A program made the position numbers and the translations under genes. Below are positions 60,128-64,000 of a stretch of DNA of 64,000 bases, one piece after another (position 1 is the first letter of the stretch; every line of letters starts with the position of its first letter). Below the pieces are notes generated by a model that saw nothing but the letters and a program-made list of their open reading frames with translations, was not told the origin of the DNA and made no database searches. Where the stretch lies: positions 24,341 through 88,340 of the forward strand of contig JASEGU010000001.1 of NCBI GenBank assembly GCA_030017835.1. The letters are read 5' to 3'. This stretch comes from Actinomycetota bacterium. GTDB lineage: Bacteria > Actinomycetota > Aquicultoria > UBA3085 > Oleimmundimicrobiaceae.

Positions 60128-60161
60128 CTTTTTGCTATTTTTTAAAAAGCTTTTTAAGTGT

Positions 60162-60238
60162 CGGGGCGTGGCGCAGCTTGGTAGCGCACCAGGCTGGGGG
60201 TCTGGTGGTCGCTGGTTCGAATCCAGTCGCCCCGACCA
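60162..60238 (+). tRNA. tRNA-Pro (anticodon GGG), CCA encoded
   Basis: It folds manually into a cloverleaf with a 7-bp acceptor stem (CGGGGCG/CGCCCCG). The anticodon loop is CUGGGGG with U33 and G37. The T-loop is UUCGAAU. It ends in ACCA and is followed by a U-run. Confidence 0.85.
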
Positions 60239-60453
60239 TTTTTTGTCTTCTGCCGCCACATGATGATTGCAAGTTCAAAGCGATATAAACCTCCAAACGA
60301 GACTCACCTTTCGCTATCGGATGGAATTTGCTATTTGATAGCTGCTTTTATCCCTTTTGTCTTTCTAAAAAATTATCATACTTGCTACTAAGAGAGCCTT
60401 AGATTGGTTATAATGTTATACAGATCAACCAGACTTACTGGCAGGTGGTAGAG

Positions 60454-60678
60454 ATGATAGAACGGATATATATCGATCCCGAGACTTGTGGTGGAAGGCC
60501 CTGCATCAAAGGGACCAGGATTCCCGTCTATGTAATATTAGACCTGCTTGCAGCCAATTTTTCACCAAGTGGTATCGTCAAGGCATATCCCGATTTAACC
60601 GTCGAAGATATTAAGGCCGCCGTTGAATATGCCGCTTTTATCACCAAAGAGAGATCGATTAGACTTAGGGTCGGCTAG
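60454..60678 (+). CDS. DUF433-family protein (putative antitoxin)
   Basis: It is ~75 aa starting IERIYIDPETCGGRPCIKGTRIPV, typical of DUF433. It is immediately followed by a DUF5615 gene. An AGGTGG SD lies 5 nt before the ATG at 60454; a GTG 60445 is also possible. Confidence 0.65.
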   Translation: MIERIYIDPETCGGRPCIKGTRIPVYVILDLLAANFSPSGIVKAYPDLTVEDIKAAVEYAAFITKERSIRLRVG

Positions 60679-60681
60679 GAG

Positions 60682-60903
60682 ATGGATCTTTTAGTTGATA
60701 TGAACCTCTCCCCCGTAACCGTCAATTACTTGAACAGCATCGGTCACAACGCCGTTCATGCACGCGATTTAGGGCTCAAGAGGGCGAAAGATAAAGAGTT
60801 GCTAAAGGTTGCTGCTAGTCTGGGCAGGGTGGTAATAACCCAAGACCTCGACTTTGGAGAACTTATCTTTTTCTCGGATGAGAGCCCACGGCAGGCGCGA
60901 TAA
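60682..60903 (+). CDS. DUF5615-family protein (putative PIN-like toxin partner of DUF433)
   Basis: It is 73 aa. A 3-nt gap separates it from the DUF433 gene. The sequence style (DMNLSP..V..L...GH.AVH..DLGL) fits DUF5615. A TAGGAG SD is present. Confidence 0.6.
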   Translation: MDLLVDMNLSPVTVNYLNSIGHNAVHARDLGLKRAKDKELLKVAASLGRVVITQDLDFGELIFFSDESPRQAR

Positions 60904-61255
60904 TAATTCGCATAGCAGGCGCTACGCCCAAGAGAGTTAATCTCTATCTTGAAAAAGCCTTGGCCCTCATAAGAATAGAAGAGATTGAAAACAATGTGGC
61001 GATAGTAGAAGAGGATAAGATAAGGATTCACGAGAAAGGATAGTTTTAAGTATAGCAACCAGTTGCCAGGGCTATTTTTTAAATCATCAATCCTTCAGGC
61101 TTTTCTGCCAATTACCTCAGCTTCGCGTTAGCGGTGCTGACCCACACGTCCGATTGACTTACACTTACGGGTTTACTAATAACTGGTTTTGCCTTATAAT
61201 AAAAATATTATTATAACGTGACCTTATTTAAACTTAATCAAAATTTGCGGGCGCA

Positions 61256-62530
61256 ATGACCCGAAAGGAAAAATTGAGCAGAATGAACCATCCAAGGAAA
61301 ATGTTAATAGCTGGCGTCGCAACAATATTATGCATTGCAAGCTTTGCGCCTTTCTTTTTTATACCCCATGCCATCTCGGCCAGCGGCGGCCATACGGTAA
61401 CCTTCAATGTTGTCGCCCCGCCGGATGAAGGTGGCGGAGGCGGCGTTCTCCCATACACCGAGAAGGTGGAGCGCGTCTTTGGGCCGGACCGCTACCGCAC
61501 CGCCGCCACCGTCAGCCAAAAAGGCTGGCCGAAGGGGTCAACCTATGTAATCGTTTCGACCGGCGAAAATTTTCCTGACGGCCTAGCCGGTAGCGCCCTG
61601 GCCGGCGCTTATGGCTGTCCTATCCTCTTGACCGAGACTGGCGCCTTAAACTCCTATGCCAAGGGTGAGATAAATCGCTTGAAGGCAACCGGATGCTTCA
61701 TCTTGGGTGAAACAGGCGCCGTCAGTGACAGCGTGAGGGCTCAAATAATAGCTCAGACCGGCGCCGATAATATTACCAGGCTGGGAGGGATAGATCGCTA
61801 CGAGACGGCCGAGATTATTGCAGGGGCTGTCAAGGCTAAAACTTCAAGGGTGGGTAAGGTCATCATCGCAAGCGGCGAAGACTTCCCGGATGCTCTGGCC
61901 GTCTCTCCGCTTGCAGGTTACAAGGGGTTTCCCATCCTGCTGGTGAAGAAAGATAGCGTTCCGGCCTCCACGCAGAGCGCCATAAAGAGTCTCGGGGCAA
62001 CCTCTGCCATCGTGGTTGGCGGAAACGGGGTTGTAAGCGATGCGGCCTTCTCTTCCTTAGTAATCGGATCGCCTGGTTATGGGATAGCGGGCCGGATAGT
62101 GAGCCAGGCTACTAAAGAGAGGCTTGAAGATATGAAAACCGCCGCCTTGAGACTCTTGGGAATAACCACTGCCAAGCCCTCATCAAACATGGCCGCTGCG
62201 GCTTTCACTTCGGCCACAAGGCTGGCCGGAGCGGATAGATATGAGACGGCCGTAGCCGTAGCCGAGCATTCCAAATCGATCTACGGACTCTCTTATAACA
62301 CCACCTTAGCCGCTACCGGAGTACTCTTTCCCGATGCTTTGACCGGCGGGGCTTATGGGGCGCAGGTAGGCTCGGTCATGATCCTGGTCCATCCGGCCGA
62401 TTTAACCGCTTCAAAACCGACCAAGGACTTTCTAGCCGCAAACAGGGGAGCCATAAGCAAGGTTGTAATCTTGGGCGGGCCGGGAGCGGTCTCGGAGGCC
62501 GTTTTGGGTCAGATAGATGCTCTCATTTAG
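61256..62530 (+). CDS. Secreted cell-wall-binding protein: signal peptide + three CWB2 (cell wall binding repeat 2) domains
   Basis: It has a signal peptide (KMLIAGVATILCIASFAPFFFIPHAISA). Three repeats each start with the CWB2 signature (RVFGPDRYRTAATVSQ, RLGGIDRYETAEIIAG, RLAGADRYETAVAVAE). The alternative start is ATG 61283. Confidence 0.75.
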   Translation: MTRKEKLSRMNHPRKMLIAGVATILCIASFAPFFFIPHAISASGGHTVTFNVVAPPDEGGGGGVLPYTEKVERVFGPDRYRTAATVSQKGWPKGSTYVIVSTGENFPDGLAGSALAGAYGCPILLTETGALNSYAKGEINRLKATGCFILGETGAVSDSVRAQIIAQTGADNITRLGGIDRYETAEIIAGAVKAKTSRVGKVIIASGEDFPDALAVSPLAGYKGFPILLVKKDSVPASTQSAIKSLGATSAIVVGGNGVVSDAAFSSLVIGSPGYGIAGRIVSQATKERLEDMKTAALRLLGITTAKPSSNMAAAAFTSATRLAGADRYETAVAVAEHSKSIYGLSYNTTLAATGVLFPDALTGGAYGAQVGSVMILVHPADLTASKPTKDFLAANRGAISKVVILGGPGAVSEAVLGQIDALI

Positions 62531-62707
62531 TCAAATCGGTTTTCGGTCCTTATAAGCCATTTTCTTCTGAAAGTGCGGCCCGAAAAATAAAGGCGCCAAA
62601 ATTTTAACGGCCAAGAAGACGCGCCAATGCCTAAAAAACGTGGCTGAGCCTTGGTTTTTATTTTTTACTGCTTTTGCCGGCTAGCGAAAATAGTCGATAG
62701 ACGCATA

Positions 62708-62737
62708 TTGACAAACGCTAGGTTAAGGTTTTATAAT
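62708..62737 (+). promoter_or_regulatory. Near-consensus sigma-70 promoter (TTGACA-18-TATAAT) upstream of small secreted protein gene
   Basis: It has a perfect -35 and a perfect -10, followed by a ~110-nt leader containing AGGAGGTGG. Confidence 0.6.
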
Positions 62738-62848
62738 GAAAATCACAAAGAAGTGGTCACACAAAAGGCGGCCATTTTTAGTAACAAAAACATTAGGGGC
62801 AATATCTAAAAAGGCGAGGAGGTGGACTAAACGAACAAGAAGAACACA

Positions 62849-63394
62849 TTGAAGAGGAAGATGGTGGCCATGGCCAGCGTAGCGGCCTATCTTTTGGGTT
62901 CCACCACACTTGGATTTACCCCTGCAGCGGTGGCGGCAATCAAGACGGGAGATCATACGGTTACCTTTAATTATAAGGTGGCTATGGATCTGACACTTTC
63001 GACTGCAACTGTAAACTTCGGTGACGTATACGCTTACGATGGAGAATTGGTTGATAAATCTGGCGGGACAATCAATGTCAAGACCAACAAGAAATGGGGT
63101 CTCACAGTTGAGTCTTTGGGAAGAGACGGCGTTGAGGGCGGAGATGATGATAGTAAATTTGCAACGGCCGGTGCGGAGAGGATAGATGTAAACAAATTGA
63201 ACGTAACCTCGGCAGGGGGTTTTGTATTCAAACACGATATGACTGGAGCTCCGGTCCCTGTTTTGGAAAACCAGCTCAGAACGACGACCGGTGGAAGAGT
63301 AGCTAATTTAACATATACCCTCACTCTTGATGGAAATGAAGATTTGGCTGATGGCTATCGGACTGTGATACGCTACACCGCGTTTAATAGCTAA
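62849..63394 (+). CDS. Small secreted beta-rich protein, TasA/camelysin-like (putative fibre subunit)
   Basis: It has a signal peptide (MKRKMVAMASVAAYLLGSTTLGFTPAAVAA). Its mature N-terminus (IKTGDHTVTFNYKVAMDLTL) resembles the TasA/CalY N-terminal segment (..TF...GTLDL(S/T)). It is 181 aa, G/T/N-rich and ends at a strong terminator. Confidence 0.45.
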   Translation: MKRKMVAMASVAAYLLGSTTLGFTPAAVAAIKTGDHTVTFNYKVAMDLTLSTATVNFGDVYAYDGELVDKSGGTINVKTNKKWGLTVESLGRDGVEGGDDDSKFATAGAERIDVNKLNVTSAGGFVFKHDMTGAPVPVLENQLRTTTGGRVANLTYTLTLDGNEDLADGYRTVIRYTAFNS

Positions 63395-63410
63395 ACATTT
63401 AAGTTTATGT

Positions 63411-63441
63411 AAAAAAACCCACCTTGAGGTGGGTTTTTTTA
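63411..63441 (+). terminator. Rho-independent terminator (CCCACC-UUGA-GGUGGG + U7), A-tract upstream (bidirectional-capable)
   Basis: A perfect 6-bp GC stem with a tetraloop is flanked by A7 and T7. It lies 17 nt after the stop codon. Confidence 0.8.
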
Positions 63442-63524
63442 TTAATATTCATCTAGGTAGCAATATGTCTTTAAATATCATATAATATTTAGAGTTGGCC
63501 GATAACACCTTTTGGGGTGAGTTT

Positions 63525-64000
63525 ATGCATAGAAGATTGTTAACTGTCCTTATTTCGATTTTATTATTTGTCACTTTAGCCCATCCGTCTCTTGCTCAAG
63601 AGATAAACATCGGGGTAACTCCCTCAAAGCTTGATTTCGAAATAAGGGCGGGCGACAGTTACACCACAAAAATAAGAGTATCGAATAATTCGGACTTAAC
63701 TTCCCATGTCATCGCCTATGCGGGCGACTACTCAGTATCGCAGACCAACGTCTATAAATTCTTCGACGCTGGAGAGATGGAGGCATCCAACGCCAAGTGG
63801 ATAACCATCACCCCAAATGACTTCCATATCCCGCCCGGCGGGGTCCAGGAGGTCACCTTGACCCTGAAGGCCCCAATGGGTATCCTCTACGGCACCCATC
63901 ACAGCGCCGTCTTCTTTGAGACCAAATTGGATCCGATACAAGGCGAGAAGGGCATGGTTGGTCAGGTGGCCAGGATTGGCACAGCCGTTGTCTCGGCCGT
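63525..64000 (+). CDS. Secreted cell-surface protein, 5' partial (DUF916-like N-terminal domain), runs off window end
   Basis: ATG at 63525 has a GGGGTGA SD. It has a signal peptide (LLTVLISILLFVTLAHPSLAQE). The pattern INIGVTPSKLDFEIRAGDSYTTKIRVSNNS...ITITPNDFHIPPGGVQEVTLTL is typical of DUF916-like surface proteins. No stop codon occurs before the window end. Confidence 0.4.
   Translation, partial: MHRRLLTVLISILLFVTLAHPSLAQEINIGVTPSKLDFEIRAGDSYTTKIRVSNNSDLTSHVIAYAGDYSVSQTNVYKFFDAGEMEASNAKWITITPNDFHIPPGGVQEVTLTLKAPMGILYGTHHSAVFFETKLDPIQGEKGMVGQVARIGTAVVSA

Noticed and set aside
60239-60444. Possible att-site / integrase signature downstream of tRNA-Pro
   Set aside because: No repeat of the tRNA 3' end and no integrase or recombinase gene is visible within the window. 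Only the TA pair and surface genes are present, so no mobile element call was made.
60904-61255. 350-nt spacer upstream of the CWB2 gene as a possible ncRNA
   Set aside because: It is AT-rich with promoter-like hexamers (TTGACT...TAATAA; TATAAT near 61190). No convincing conserved structure or ORF was seen. It is most simply the promoter/leader of the CWB2 gene.

Overview
This 64 kb window is a densely packed, almost entirely plus-strand chromosomal region from a bacterium of moderately high GC (about 55%). Most of it is a housekeeping backbone with well-known synteny.

- **1-3 kb:** a type IV pilus inner-membrane module (pilM-pilN-pilO plus a PilP-like gene), with no secretin gene following.
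- **3-8 kb:** the shikimate-pathway block aroC-aroK-aroB-aroQ, then a Xaa-Pro aminopeptidase and efp.
- **8-19 kb:** a two-subunit pyruvate carboxylase (carboxyltransferase+BCCP subunit followed by biotin carboxylase), then nusB, xseB, dxs, tlyA, nadK, recN.
- **17-26 kb:** steA-like and steB/MctB-like genes, a GT2 glycosyltransferase, a divergent MraY/WecA-like membrane protein, pyrG, a peptidase T-like gene, a conserved hypothetical, a NUDIX hydrolase and xerD.
- **26-39 kb:** deoB, pdp, a large UPF0182 membrane protein, a DHH-CBS-CCA-nucleotidyltransferase fusion, an M50 site-2 protease, trpS, scpA, scpB, rluB.
- **38.8-48.9 kb:** a cobalamin riboswitch controlling a btuFCD-like corrinoid ABC importer and a corrinoid salvage / nucleotide-loop cluster (cobU-cobQ-cbiB-cobS-cobD-cobT-cobC).
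- **49-60 kb:** hisC, DAHP synthase, tyrA, aroA, cmk, plsC, ispH, a PDZ-radical SAM protein, der, plsY, gpsA.
- **From 60.1 kb:** a tRNA-Pro(GGG) marks a switch to accessory-looking content:
  - a DUF433/DUF5615 putative toxin-antitoxin pair;
  - a secreted protein made of three CWB2 cell-wall-binding repeats;
  - a strongly promoted and terminated small secreted beta-rich protein with a TasA/camelysin-like N-terminus, which shares an N-terminal HTVTFN motif with the CWB2 protein;
  - the 5' part of another secreted surface protein.

The most interesting candidate for an undescribed system is this cell-surface locus after the tRNA, which may encode a CWB2-anchored TasA-like fibre. Other points worth following up:
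- the BtuD ATPase carries an unassigned C-terminal extra domain;
- a PDZ-radical SAM protein sits where rpsA normally lies;
- the steA/steB-GT2-PNPT-like block;
- the pyruvate-carboxylase pair occupies the usual accBC position;
- TTG start codons are used very frequently (about a third of genes).

All functional calls rest on motif and domain recognition by eye, since no database search was possible.
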